DNA of 64,000 nt, taken from contig JALNYN010000007.1 of the NCBI GenBank assembly GCA_023229825.1, positions 2,596-66,595 of the forward strand, read 5' to 3'. A program made the translations under genes and the position numbers. The notes beneath the pieces were generated by a model. That model did no database searches and was not told the origin of the DNA. It saw nothing but the letters and a program-made list of their open reading frames with translations. Origin of the DNA: Minisyncoccota bacterium (GTDB lineage Bacteria; Patescibacteriota; Minisyncoccia; Phycocordibacterales; CAIJYI01). Below are positions 49,973 through 59,142 of this stretch, piece by piece (the stretch's first letter is position 1; each line of letters opens with the position of its first letter).

Positions 49973-51025
49973 ATGAATAAGCCAAAACGTCTTGAAAAAG
50001 GCGATACTATTGCTTTGGTCAACCCGGCGGGATTGCCGCCATTAAGATTTAGACACTTTATTCCATTGATGAAGCAATATCTGGAGAAAGAAGGTTTTTT
50101 CGTAAAACTGTACTTAGCTGAAGAAACAGCTACCGCTGAACGACTTGGTAATGTTTTTACAGAAGCATGGCTTGATTCTGAAGTTCAGGCCGTTTTTCCC
50201 ATTTGTGGAAGCTCTGTCATTTTTGAAGTATTGCCTTGTCTTTACAGTGATCTCTTAAAACAAAAAAAGGTAATATTTTGCGGATCAAGTGTTTTATCTT
50301 CGTTATCTATCTGGTTAAGTCAGCACGCTCAAGTTGTAACATTCTTTGGACCACACATTCCTTTCATTCATTCTTGTGCGCCTCAAAGAGAAAATGAATT
50401 TACCGTGCAAAGTTTTTGGGATATGATAATGTGGAAAAAGGGAAAAGCGAATAATATGTCTTCAGTCCATGAGCGACATAATTTTTTCAGCGTTAATGAT
50501 TCAAACACTCAAGATATTAAGATTAAGAATCTCTATTTACGCCCAGACTTAATCAAAGATAAACAAAAACGAGTTGCACTGTTTTTTTCATTAACAGAAA
50601 AAGTTGTTAGCGGAAAAACCTTTTGCATCACAATGGAGTGTCTACTCAGTATGGCGCGCTTGGGTTTATTGCCGAGCGTGACAAATTCGATTATCTTCAC
50701 GGAAACAATGGATTGGAATTTGGAACAGATAAAAAATACTTTCGAAGAGCTCTCGAGGCTAGATGCTTTTCATGGGGCAAATGCAGTATTCATTACGGCC
50801 TTCACCGAAAGGACTGACCGCAAAGAATTAGACTTCCCTGAATTGAGAGACCCAGCGAAAGTAAAAATTCTATGTTCTTCTATTTCCGAAAGAATCCAGT
50901 TACCTGTTCTTTATGGGTTTCCCATGGGGCATGGTTCATATAAATTAACTTTACCTCAAAACATTTCTTGTTCAATAAATCCAGAAGACGGCAGTGTTTA
51001 CTTATTGGAGCGTCCAGTTGCATAA
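49973..51025 (+). CDS. peptidase S66 family (LD-carboxypeptidase / MccF-like), divergent
   Basis: N-terminal L.KGDTIALVNPAGLP pattern and overall length and layout fit S66. The catalytic-Ser region is divergent (GSSVLSSLS). AAGGAG RBS. Confidence 0.5.
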   Translation: MNKPKRLEKGDTIALVNPAGLPPLRFRHFIPLMKQYLEKEGFFVKLYLAEETATAERLGNVFTEAWLDSEVQAVFPICGSSVIFEVLPCLYSDLLKQKKVIFCGSSVLSSLSIWLSQHAQVVTFFGPHIPFIHSCAPQRENEFTVQSFWDMIMWKKGKANNMSSVHERHNFFSVNDSNTQDIKIKNLYLRPDLIKDKQKRVALFFSLTEKVVSGKTFCITMECLLSMARLGLLPSVTNSIIFTETMDWNLEQIKNTFEELSRLDAFHGANAVFITAFTERTDRKELDFPELRDPAKVKILCSSISERIQLPVLYGFPMGHGSYKLTLPQNISCSINPEDGSVYLLERPVA

Positions 51026-51061
51026 TAATTATCCCCCGAGAAATTTTCTCGGGGGATTATT

Positions 51062-51838
51062 TTATTTTTTTAACTTTGCTATCTCGGCAAGAATTCGGAT
51101 GTGCGATCTATCTCCTAGTCCATGCCTTTCACCAAGTATCTTTCTAAGATTGTCTTGAGTGAACGGGGGTGTTCCAAAATTTTCTCCGACCATCTTCACA
51201 AGTGATTTGGTCTCGTTTTTGTATTCAAGAGTTTTTGAATATACAAGGTTTCTTAACAGGGTAACGACCTTTTCTTCTTTTGAGAGATTGGCAAACTTTT
51301 TTAGATCCAGTTGATTTGCAAGAACATTTCGTATTCTCTCGATAAGCACCACATAAAGATCGTTGGCGTCACAAGTATTACCACTTTCAATTGTTTTGAG
51401 TAACTCACCGATGATATCTGAAAAATCAACACTGGTGTTTAATGTAGCACATCCAAATGATATATCCGTCGTCCCAATATCGAGTGTCGTATTTTCGAAT
51501 AACAATGTTGGAATATGTATTTGTGTTAAATACTCAAAAAAAGATGAAGTTTCATTCGGTGTATCTGCTGTACCGAGAATAAAAATTTCCTCACCTGCAG
51601 GTAAAAAGTTGCATTCAAAAAATTTGTGCGGTCTTTTGTTGAGATACTGATAATATATCGAGCCAACCACACGATTATAGCTGTCAACTAAAACTTCTGC
51701 TTTGGCTCTGCCGTTTTTTGCCACATATACTCCGAGATTATCAATGTCTCCGGTTACACCAAAAAGAGTAACATGCGGATTCAGATAAAAGTAACGTAAT
51801 ACCGCAACGATTTTCTTACTCCAGATTCGAATTTTCAT
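51062..51838 (-). CDS. standalone divergent GGDEF-like (nucleotidyl cyclase palm) domain protein with uncharacterised C-terminal region
   Basis: GDIDNLGVY...GRAKAEVLVDSYNRVVGSIYY...FLPAGEEIFILG parallels GGDEF DIDHFKxIND...GHxxGDxVL...RYGGEEFxxLL, with AGEEI in place of GG(D/E)EF. No sensor domain. GGAGG RBS. Confidence 0.45.
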   Translation of the reverse strand: MKIRIWSKKIVAVLRYFYLNPHVTLFGVTGDIDNLGVYVAKNGRAKAEVLVDSYNRVVGSIYYQYLNKRPHKFFECNFLPAGEEIFILGTADTPNETSSFFEYLTQIHIPTLLFENTTLDIGTTDISFGCATLNTSVDFSDIIGELLKTIESGNTCDANDLYVVLIERIRNVLANQLDLKKFANLSKEEKVVTLLRNLVYSKTLEYKNETKSLVKMVGENFGTPPFTQDNLRKILGERHGLGDRSHIRILAEIAKLKK

Positions 51839-51936
51839 GGGTTCCTCCGATTTTTTAATTTTTCTACATCAATAGTACATAAAAATAAATAAATGTCAAA
51901 AAACCGACCATTTCTGGTCGGCTGTACTTAGTCTAA

Positions 51937-52714
51937 GAATAAAGGGGACAGTCACCATTGTTTTATAAAAAATATGTTGTAATATATAAGATATGCCAAG
52001 AAACGCAAGAACAGATGTCGGCGGTGAGATCTATCACGTCATCAACCGAGCAAACGGTCGCATGGTGATCTTTAATACTCCGGAGGATTATCTTCTATTC
52101 GAAAATCTTTTGTTTGATACAAAAGAACTGACTGGAATGAGGATCCTCGCTTACACCATTATGCCGAATCATTGGCACTTTATTCTACATCCGCAAAAAG
52201 ATGGGGACCTTGGTATATTTATGCATCGTCTTTCAAATGCGCATACACGAAAAGTTCACGCACTAACAAACACTAATGGGACAGGCCATCTCTACCAGGG
52301 TCGCTACAAATCTTTTCTCGTTGATTCCGACAGTTATTTTCTCACACTTTTGAAATATGTCGAAAGAAATCCGGTCAGATCAAAGACGGTAGAACATTGC
52401 GAAGATTGGCAATGGGGAAGCGCATGGCGGAGAATAAACGGTTCAAAAGCGGAAAAAAAGTTGATCGATCCGCCGATCGTGGAACTTCCTCATGGATACA
52501 AAAAATGGATAAATACACCGGATAAGGAAGATGACCTCGCTGTCATCCGCACTTCTGTAAACAAAAGCGTGCCGTTCGGAAGAGATAAATGGGTGGATCA
52601 AATGGTGACAAAGTTTCATCTTGAATCAACGCAAAAAAAACAGGGCAGACCGAAGAAAAGATAAACATTAGAACACGTGAAATGCAAAACAATGGTGGCT
52701 GTCCCCTTTATTGG
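51937..52714. mobile_element. REP-associated tyrosine transposase (RAYT) unit: Y1 HUH transposase gene flanked by inverted REP-like repeats
   Basis: Left flank aataaaggggacagtcaccattgtttt (51937-51964), right flank aaaacaatggtggctgtcccctttatt (52688-52714), in inverted orientation around the gene. Confidence 0.7.
51993..52664 (+). CDS. IS200-like HUH Y1 transposase, REP-associated (RAYT / TnpA_REP) type
   Basis: YHVINRANGRMVIF, HUH motif HWHFIL, catalytic-Tyr region YQGRYKSFLV. 223 aa. Confidence 0.8.
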   Translation: MPRNARTDVGGEIYHVINRANGRMVIFNTPEDYLLFENLLFDTKELTGMRILAYTIMPNHWHFILHPQKDGDLGIFMHRLSNAHTRKVHALTNTNGTGHLYQGRYKSFLVDSDSYFLTLLKYVERNPVRSKTVEHCEDWQWGSAWRRINGSKAEKKLIDPPIVELPHGYKKWINTPDKEDDLAVIRTSVNKSVPFGRDKWVDQMVTKFHLESTQKKQGRPKKR

Positions 52715-52751
52715 AATGACGGCTTATTCCGTGGTTGCGTATAAACGTCAC

Positions 52752-53237
52752 TTACACTTCCGCAAACAGAAGCACGTAGTTGTGTTGGTATTTTTTGGCG
52801 CATTTCGGGCAGTAGGCATAATGCACATAATAGTCTTTGGCTTTCTTTCCGCTGCTCGCGAGATGCGCATCCATTTCCTTGATGAATTTCGGTATCGCGT
52901 TGTATGACCCGTCAAAGACCTTGCTCACGAATGTTCCCGATATCTTCGCGTTGTCGGCACCGGGGATCTCTTTCGTTACGCTAAAATACAGTTCGGATCG
53001 AAACGCCGACGGGTCGCGAAAGAGGATCAAAACTTCCTCTTTGTTCTCCGGCATCGCTTTCGCATCTTCCGCCGTTTTACTCATTTTGGTTATCTTTGAT
53101 CCGATCATCGGAGGGAAAGGAATATGGAACAGAGTCGGAACTGTTTCTTTGATAAAAAGTTTGTCTTTCCACTCCAAGGTTTTGCCATCCCATTTTTCGG
53201 GATGAAACTCGACGCAGCAAATATTGTTTTGATCCAT
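52752..53237 (-). CDS. hypothetical protein (possibly GyrI-like effector-binding fold)
   Basis: 161 aa. Fold guess is weak and no family motif was recognised. Confidence 0.4.
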   Translation of the reverse strand: MDQNNICCVEFHPEKWDGKTLEWKDKLFIKETVPTLFHIPFPPMIGSKITKMSKTAEDAKAMPENKEEVLILFRDPSAFRSELYFSVTKEIPGADNAKISGTFVSKVFDGSYNAIPKFIKEMDAHLASSGKKAKDYYVHYAYCPKCAKKYQHNYVLLFAEV

Positions 53238-53450
53238 AAAATTTATTCATATTTATTGATAATTATGAAACTATGATCGAGAATAAAAGCATCAAACTGA
53301 ATCAAGTTTTGCATGACTAACTTTATTTATAAATATAACATACAAACCATGAAGCTAGAATGGATATGTAGGTGGCCATCATTGCATTTTTATGAAAATA
53401 TGTCAGTATGGGTTCAACGAATTCTGTAAATTGACACACAGAGGTTTCTT

Positions 53451-54758
53451 ATGAAAACACTTAAAACGTGGACTACCGATCCGAACGGCGATCGTCTGGA
53501 ACGGAGGAAAACAGTCTTTTTCCGTAAGCGTTCCCAAAATACGGATCGGATCGTCGTTCGAAAAGATGAACGATTCCAGTCCATGGACGGTTTTGGTTTC
53601 TCATTGACAGGCGGAAGCGCTTATCACATCATGCGGCTGCCGGCAAAAAAAAGAAAAGCTCTTTTAAAAGAACTGTTCTCGAAAAGCGGGATCGGTGTGA
53701 GCGCGTTGCGTCTTACGATCGGTGCATCCGATCTGGACATGGCACCATACTCATACGCCGATACGCCTTCGGACGATCTCGCGAACTTTGATCTGTTTGC
53801 TGGAGGAAAGGAAGTCGTTCCGTTACTTCAGGAGATCTTGAAGATCGCACCGGATATCAGAATTTTTGCGTCCCCGTGGTCGGCGCCTCCTTGGATGAAA
53901 ACAAACAATAGTTTCGTCAGCGGACGTTTAAAAAATGAATGTTACTCGGTGTATGCCGAGTACTTCGTTCGATATATTTTGGCGATGCGCGAACAGGGAA
54001 TAAACGTGTACGGCGTAACGGTCCAGAACGAACCGCTGAACGATCTGAACGAACCGTCCATGCTCATGGACCCGTCGGAACAGATCGACTTCGTCGGCAA
54101 TCATCTCGGTCCCGTGTTTCGTGATCGTAAGATCAATACAAAGATCTATTGCTGGGATCACAATTGTGACCGGCCCGATTATGTACTGCGCGTGCTGAAA
54201 GATGAAAAAGCGCGTGAGTATGTAAACGGTTCGGCTTGGCATCTCTACGGCGGATCGATCGATATTTTGGACTACATTCACGAAGAGCATCCGGAGCACG
54301 AGATCATTTTTACCGAGCAGTGGGTAGCGAAGAAAAGCGATTTCGGCGGCAATCTCTCCTGGCATGCCAAGAACATCATCATCGGCGCACCGCGCAACTT
54401 TGCGAAAGCTGTTTTTGAATGGAACCTCGCCAACGACCCCGAATGTAATCCGCACACAGAAAAAGGCTGTGCGGAATGCCTCGGAGCTTTAACGATCGAT
54501 GAGAACGGGGAAGTCACACGAAACGTCGCCTATTACCTCATTGCTCACGCTTCAAAATTCGTCCCGCTCGGATCGCATCGGATAGGATCAAATGTCGAGA
54601 AAGGTCTGCCGAACGTCGCCTACGAAACCTCCGGTGGAAAGCTCGTACTGATCGTGTTCAACGAAGAACCACAACTCCGTTCGTTCGCAATACAAGAAGG
54701 CGAATATTTTGCGGAAGTAAGTTTACCCGCAGGAACGCTCGCCACATATATGTGGTAA
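53451..54758 (+). CDS. glycoside hydrolase family 30 (glucosylceramidase-like)
   Basis: GFGFSLTGGSAYHI, FASPWSAPPWMKTNN and VTVQNEP motifs characteristic of GH30. Confidence 0.75.
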   Translation: MKTLKTWTTDPNGDRLERRKTVFFRKRSQNTDRIVVRKDERFQSMDGFGFSLTGGSAYHIMRLPAKKRKALLKELFSKSGIGVSALRLTIGASDLDMAPYSYADTPSDDLANFDLFAGGKEVVPLLQEILKIAPDIRIFASPWSAPPWMKTNNSFVSGRLKNECYSVYAEYFVRYILAMREQGINVYGVTVQNEPLNDLNEPSMLMDPSEQIDFVGNHLGPVFRDRKINTKIYCWDHNCDRPDYVLRVLKDEKAREYVNGSAWHLYGGSIDILDYIHEEHPEHEIIFTEQWVAKKSDFGGNLSWHAKNIIIGAPRNFAKAVFEWNLANDPECNPHTEKGCAECLGALTIDENGEVTRNVAYYLIAHASKFVPLGSHRIGSNVEKGLPNVAYETSGGKLVLIVFNEEPQLRSFAIQEGEYFAEVSLPAGTLATYMW

Positions 54759-54770
54759 TTTGAAAAAGAA

Positions 54771-54810
54771 AAATCCCTCGTCCGACAACGGACGGGGGAT
54801 TGTATTTTTG
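54771..54810. terminator. bidirectional terminator hairpin
   Basis: aatccctcgtccg-acaa-cggacgggggatt followed by TGTATTTTT. Confidence 0.6.
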
Positions 54811-54824
54811 AACTGTGGTCGCTT

Positions 54825-55253
54825 CTATTTTTCTTGTTGAGCGATTCGCATTTCCATTTCTGCGATGGCTTCCGACATCTCTCCGTTTTTTGGATTGTTC
54901 GGATATATCTCTATCGCTTGTTTATAATGTTCGATCGCTTTTTTCGTGTCTTTTTCAAAACGTCCGAGATTTATCATCGCTTCCGCGGCTCGGTGGCGCA
55001 ACATAAAGTTAAACATATCATGTGCGAAAAGAGCCGAGCGTTCTTCGTAATAATTTGGAAGTCGCTCTGTCTGTTTTAAGAAGTGTTTACGATACTCTTC
55101 AGAGTCGAATGGTCTCATTTCTGAAAGATAGTAATCGCGGACCTTGATCCAGAACGGCAGCGCCGCATCGAAGTCAAAGTTTTTTACGGCTTCTATCATT
55201 GCCAGCCGTTCTTCTTCGGTCGGCATGGCAGGATATTTGTTGTCATGAGTCAT
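54825..55253 (-). CDS. TPR-like helical hypothetical protein
   Basis: ATG at 55253 with GGAGG. The track start is TTG. Confidence 0.5.
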   Translation of the reverse strand: MTHDNKYPAMPTEEERLAMIEAVKNFDFDAALPFWIKVRDYYLSEMRPFDSEEYRKHFLKQTERLPNYYEERSALFAHDMFNFMLRHRAAEAMINLGRFEKDTKKAIEHYKQAIEIYPNNPKNGEMSEAIAEMEMRIAQQEK

Positions 55254-55416
55254 GACGGTCCTCCAGTTTGGTGAAAAATACAAATATTACAGGTAATATT
55301 TACTAATGTTAATTATACATTAAATATGTTATTTGTCAATTTTTATTATCTTTTAATTTAGTGTAGGATAAAGAGCTATAGTAAAAATATAATTTATTAA
55401 ATTGTGATCTACTATT

Positions 55417-56121
55417 ATGCCTGATCCCGTTCCATTTGATGCCGTTATCGATACCGATGAAATATTTGTAAAAATTTACGACAAATGCAAAAAATACACG
55501 ATGACCTCCAAGGAGAGAATGTATGCTTTGTATAGATCGGTCGAATATATAGTGAAGAACGATATTCAAGGCGATCTGTTGGAATGCGGCGTTTGGCGAG
55601 GGGGAAGCGCGATGCTGATGGCTTATACTCTTCTTGAATTCAATGTCAAAGACAGAAAGATCTTTCTCTATGATACATTTGAGGGGATGAGTGAGCCGAC
55701 GGAGTTTGATCATAAAGTGGGAAACGATCGCGCTCGCGCTTTTGACAAATGGAAGGAGCAACAAAAAACGGATCATAACAGGTGGTGTTACGCCTCTTTA
55801 CCAGAAGTCCGAAACAACATGTCTTCGACCGGCTATCCGGAAGAAAATATTGTTTTTGTTGAAGGCAAAGTAGAAGAAACCATTCCCAAGATCTCACCCT
55901 CTCGGATAGCTATACTGAGATTGGATACCGATTGGTATGAATCAACGAAACATGAATTAATTTATTTCTATCCGATATTATCCACACACGGCGTCTTAAT
56001 AATAGACGATTACGGACATTGGGCCGGGGCAAAAAAAGCCGTCGATGAATATTTTTCTCGCGGACAAATATTATTGAACCGGATCGATTATACCGGAAAG
56101 ATCGGCATCAAAATCGAATAA
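55417..56121 (+). CDS. TylF/MycF-family (macrocin O-methyltransferase-like) SAM-dependent methyltransferase
   Basis: GDLLECGVWRGGSAMLMA and LRLDTDWYEST motifs. Confidence 0.75.
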   Translation: MPDPVPFDAVIDTDEIFVKIYDKCKKYTMTSKERMYALYRSVEYIVKNDIQGDLLECGVWRGGSAMLMAYTLLEFNVKDRKIFLYDTFEGMSEPTEFDHKVGNDRARAFDKWKEQQKTDHNRWCYASLPEVRNNMSSTGYPEENIVFVEGKVEETIPKISPSRIAILRLDTDWYESTKHELIYFYPILSTHGVLIIDDYGHWAGAKKAVDEYFSRGQILLNRIDYTGKIGIKIE

Positions 56122-56191
56122 ATCGGCGGACGCTCTTTCTTGAAAAAGTGTCGTAATTTATTCTTAACGTTCATTGCGTTTTTTCTTTTGG

Positions 56192-56213
56192 CTTCGAGCT
56201 TGGGACGATATTC
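56192..56213 (+). repeat. partial copy of the CGAGC(N)TGGGACGAT repeat motif (motif A)
   Basis: cttcgagcttgggacgatattc. Fuller copies at 57472 and 60954. Confidence 0.5.
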
Positions 56214-56279
56214 AAAATGTATTAATTAAAAACGACCATCGGAGTTGGATCCGACAGTCGTTTACTTTTTGGAAAATTA

Positions 56280-57161
56280 TTACGGTGTAGCAGGAGTGGT
56301 CGGTTCTTCGGCCGGTGGTAGAGTTTCGGAAGTTGTTTCCTGCTTTAGATTTATTACCGACATACCAATTAAAATGATGGTGAAGAGAAAAGGTACGGAC
56401 AAAGGTGATCCGGGGATGAGATTCAAGATCGGCATTAAGATGATCGGCGCAGTCATGAGATGAATACCGAGTCGGTAGGATTTTTTGTAGGTCATCTCGA
56501 TCTTTCTTATTTTACTAACCAGCCAGATAACAAATGCTCCGAATATCAGATACAATAGATATCCGGCGTAGATGAAGAAAAATACGATCAACAATAATGT
56601 GAACAAAATAGGTAACACGAATTTCAGATACGGTTCTGCCTTGCCGATAAAAGATTTGACGTCGGTTTTGTTTACGGTCAAATTGAGATCGGCGGGAATT
56701 TGTACGATCTTCATGCTGTTGTTATTGTCGTAACACGTAAAAGATGTTTGATTGAGAAGGCATGCTGTTTTGTAACCCTTGAAGGTTTCAACCGAAAACG
56801 GATCCTTGGTATCTATGACAAGCATGTTTTCAATATCGTTTGGTTTGGAGTGCTCGTTTGATCTCCATTCCTTCGGCATTTGGATAAAATATGGTTGTGG
56901 AACAGAAGCTGAAGTCTTTCCTTTTGTTATGACGATCTCTAGTTCGGAGGGGTATTGCTTTAAAATTTTTTCACCCAATGTGCTTAAAAATGTGTTGATC
57001 TGCGGAAAAAAAGTAACGGAAAATACCGCGACGGAAAGAATTGACATCAACAACGAAAATAGCAGAAAATATTTTATGGAGTAAGAAGAAGGTTTGTCTG
57101 AAAGTTCTTTATAATAATCAGGGTTATAAACACTATTTTTTATTTTTTGAAAAATGTTCAT
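56280..57161 (-). CDS. DUF1189-like membrane protein
   Basis: ATG at 57161 gives MNIFQKIKNSVYNPDYY. The track start is TTG. 2-3 TM segments. Pro/Thr-rich C-terminus. Confidence 0.45.
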   Translation of the reverse strand: MNIFQKIKNSVYNPDYYKELSDKPSSYSIKYFLLFSLLMSILSVAVFSVTFFPQINTFLSTLGEKILKQYPSELEIVITKGKTSASVPQPYFIQMPKEWRSNEHSKPNDIENMLVIDTKDPFSVETFKGYKTACLLNQTSFTCYDNNNSMKIVQIPADLNLTVNKTDVKSFIGKAEPYLKFVLPILFTLLLIVFFFIYAGYLLYLIFGAFVIWLVSKIRKIEMTYKKSYRLGIHLMTAPIILMPILNLIPGSPLSVPFLFTIILIGMSVINLKQETTSETLPPAEEPTTPATP

Positions 57162-57269
57162 AAAATTTTGTGAGTGAATAACATAGTTATCTTTATCTAG
57201 ATTATAAGAACAAAACAAATAAAAAGCCAGGGAATTGCACTTTAATCTACGCCGGCTCAGTGAATTTCG

Positions 57270-57475
57270 CCTGAGGAATTTCTCGGCTTACCGCCGCAGT
57301 ACCCCTTTCCGATTTGTTCACAGCGACCACGCCGCTCACAAATATCGGAGAAGGGTGGAGTTTATACTCCGTAGCGCAGCGGAGGGGTGAATCCTACCTC
57401 GCGAGTGACGCAGGTCACTCGCTCGCGGAGCAAATGAAAAAACACCCGATCAAAGGTGTTTTCTCATTTGCTTCG
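57270..57475 (+). ncRNA. structured ~200-nt repeat element, copy 1 (homologous to 61558-61740); candidate ncRNA or tRNA-end-derived mobile remnant
   Basis: Shares blocks aggaatttctc, gcagtacccctttccgatttgttc, ctcacaaata.cggagaagg, gaatcctacc.cgcgag and ctcgctcgcggagcaa with copy 2. The internal hairpin tgac-gcag-gtca versus acaa-gcag-ttgt shows compensatory changes. Ends in a 17-bp hairpin gcaaatga.aaaacacc. Confidence 0.5.
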
Positions 57476-57510
57476 AGCATGGGACGATGTTCGGCAAGCG
57501 ATTATTGAGG
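57472..57510 (+). repeat. motif A repeat (ttcgagcatgggacgatgttcggcaagcgattattgagga)
   Basis: Near-identical to 60954-60992. Confidence 0.6.
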
Positions 57511-57589
57511 AAGGAGAGTAAATTCTGGCTTGCGAGATATCCACATTTTACTTTCCCGTGTTTTCTTTTTTTTTGTGTATAATTACTTT

Positions 57590-58816
57590 ATGAAAGAAAA
57601 ACTCTCGCGAATTCGTAAACACCCGAAGACACCGGGTTTTTTAACAGCACTTCTTTTTACTGGTGTTACGGTAGCCACTCTTCATAACATCCCCAAACCC
57701 CCGCTTTTCCCAAATACCGATAATTTCGTCATCTTCGCCGAACAATCGTTTACTTTTGAAGATGAAGCGTCGGTTTCAAGTGGAGATATCGGAACGAACG
57801 GCAATCTTGATATCGGAAAAGATACAACAGTAAACGGCAATATTTTCGCCAACAAAATCACTATCGCAAAAAATACGACGATAAACGGCAATGCAAATTA
57901 CAACAAACTTTCCAACAAAGGAGAAATTCTCGGTACGAAAACAACACCTGTATCACTGCCGATTGCTAATCTTCCCCCAATTTCCAATTTCACCATCGGA
58001 ACGCAAGACAAAATATTCACCGGAAATGTAAACACACTACCACCAGGAAATTACAAGAATATCACTCTACAAAAAGATTCCACCCTCACTCTTTCCGGCG
58101 GAACTTACAACCTGAACATCCTCGACCTCAAAGAACATTCCACCCTCATTTTCACCGCACCAACCACGCTCAATATCCAATTCAAACTTCGCGGACGAGA
58201 TGCTGTTTCAATTTTAAACGGAGCAAATGTAAAACCAACCGATTTGCACATTAATTATATCGGGATACGGAATGAACAAAAGAGCAATAAAACAATGGAA
58301 CAGGATGACGAAGACGAAGTAATGGCGTTTCTTGATAAACAAGAAAAAGCAGACTGCAAAAACCAGAAAATCGGGAGACCGATACTTTTCGGCAAAAACT
58401 CGTTTCTCAATTTTACACTGATTGCGCCGAAAGCGAATGTGAACATTGAAAGAGATTCTACGCTGCGAGGGCAGATGTTGGCGAGGAAGATAAGAGTGAG
58501 GAACGGGGTAAGTTTAAGTAAAAATGAGTTTTTTTCTAAAAATGCCGATCCAAAAAAAGTAGTTGGCGATACTGGTGCACGATTTATCGTTAATGAGGTT
58601 GTTATACGATTGACCGCGGAAGCATCTTTGGGAGACATCCAACAGGTCGTTGGTACAGTAAATGGAAAAATAACGGGATTTCTTGATATTTTGGGGATGG
58701 TAAAAATAGAAATTCCAGCCAAAACGGTTGCAGAATTGAATCTGTCGGTTGATAAATTAAAAGCGTTACATAGTCCATACATTCAAGATGTTATGATTAA
58801 TTTTGTTTATAATTAG
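57590..58816 (+). CDS. secreted/anchored protein with bactofilin-like (polymer-forming) beta-helix repeats
   Basis: The ATG at 57590 gives a signal-anchor. GDIGTNGNLDIGKDTTVNGNIFANKITIAKNTTINGNANYN repeat pattern. The C-terminal ~90 aa is loosely propeptide (I9)-like. Confidence 0.55.
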   Translation: MKEKLSRIRKHPKTPGFLTALLFTGVTVATLHNIPKPPLFPNTDNFVIFAEQSFTFEDEASVSSGDIGTNGNLDIGKDTTVNGNIFANKITIAKNTTINGNANYNKLSNKGEILGTKTTPVSLPIANLPPISNFTIGTQDKIFTGNVNTLPPGNYKNITLQKDSTLTLSGGTYNLNILDLKEHSTLIFTAPTTLNIQFKLRGRDAVSILNGANVKPTDLHINYIGIRNEQKSNKTMEQDDEDEVMAFLDKQEKADCKNQKIGRPILFGKNSFLNFTLIAPKANVNIERDSTLRGQMLARKIRVRNGVSLSKNEFFSKNADPKKVVGDTGARFIVNEVVIRLTAEASLGDIQQVVGTVNGKITGFLDILGMVKIEIPAKTVAELNLSVDKLKALHSPYIQDVMINFVYN

Positions 58817-58819
58817 TGT

Positions 58820-59137
58820 ATGAAAAAATTTGCAAATGTCTCCGGATTTTATCTGGCATTGTCTGTTGTGGCTCCGATCGTTCTTCTTCCGATGCTTTTA
58901 CTCTCTATGTCCGGATTTTTTGATGGTGTTTTTGGGTCAAATATTGAAGTTGTAACCGGTTGTATTATTGTTCTTTCAGTAATAACATTGCCGTCAGTGG
59001 GTTTTTATTTAAAAGAAAAATTTAAAAATGAAAATGAGCAGTTGCAAAATATAAAAAAAGGTCTTCGGTATAATATAATCTTTATTATTATTTTATTACT
59101 TATATCTTATTCGATTTTTGGCGCACATTTAGATTGA
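58820..59137 (+). CDS. small membrane protein, hypothetical
   Basis: 105 aa, 3 TM. Confidence 0.45.
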   Translation: MKKFANVSGFYLALSVVAPIVLLPMLLLSMSGFFDGVFGSNIEVVTGCIIVLSVITLPSVGFYLKEKFKNENEQLQNIKKGLRYNIIFIIILLLISYSIFGAHLD

Positions 59138-59142
59138 TTATT

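Noticed and set aside
49973-51025. Confident LD-carboxypeptidase (LdcA) naming
   Set aside because: The N-terminal pattern fits S66 but the catalytic Ser motif is divergent (GSSVLSSLS versus GxSDxT). It is kept as a family-level call with 0.5 confidence.
51901-51930. Hairpin ccgacca-tttc-tggtcgg upstream of the RAYT gene as a terminator
   Set aside because: The T-run is on the minus strand, but no minus-strand gene ends there. It may belong to the REP structure instead. It is not listed as a feature.
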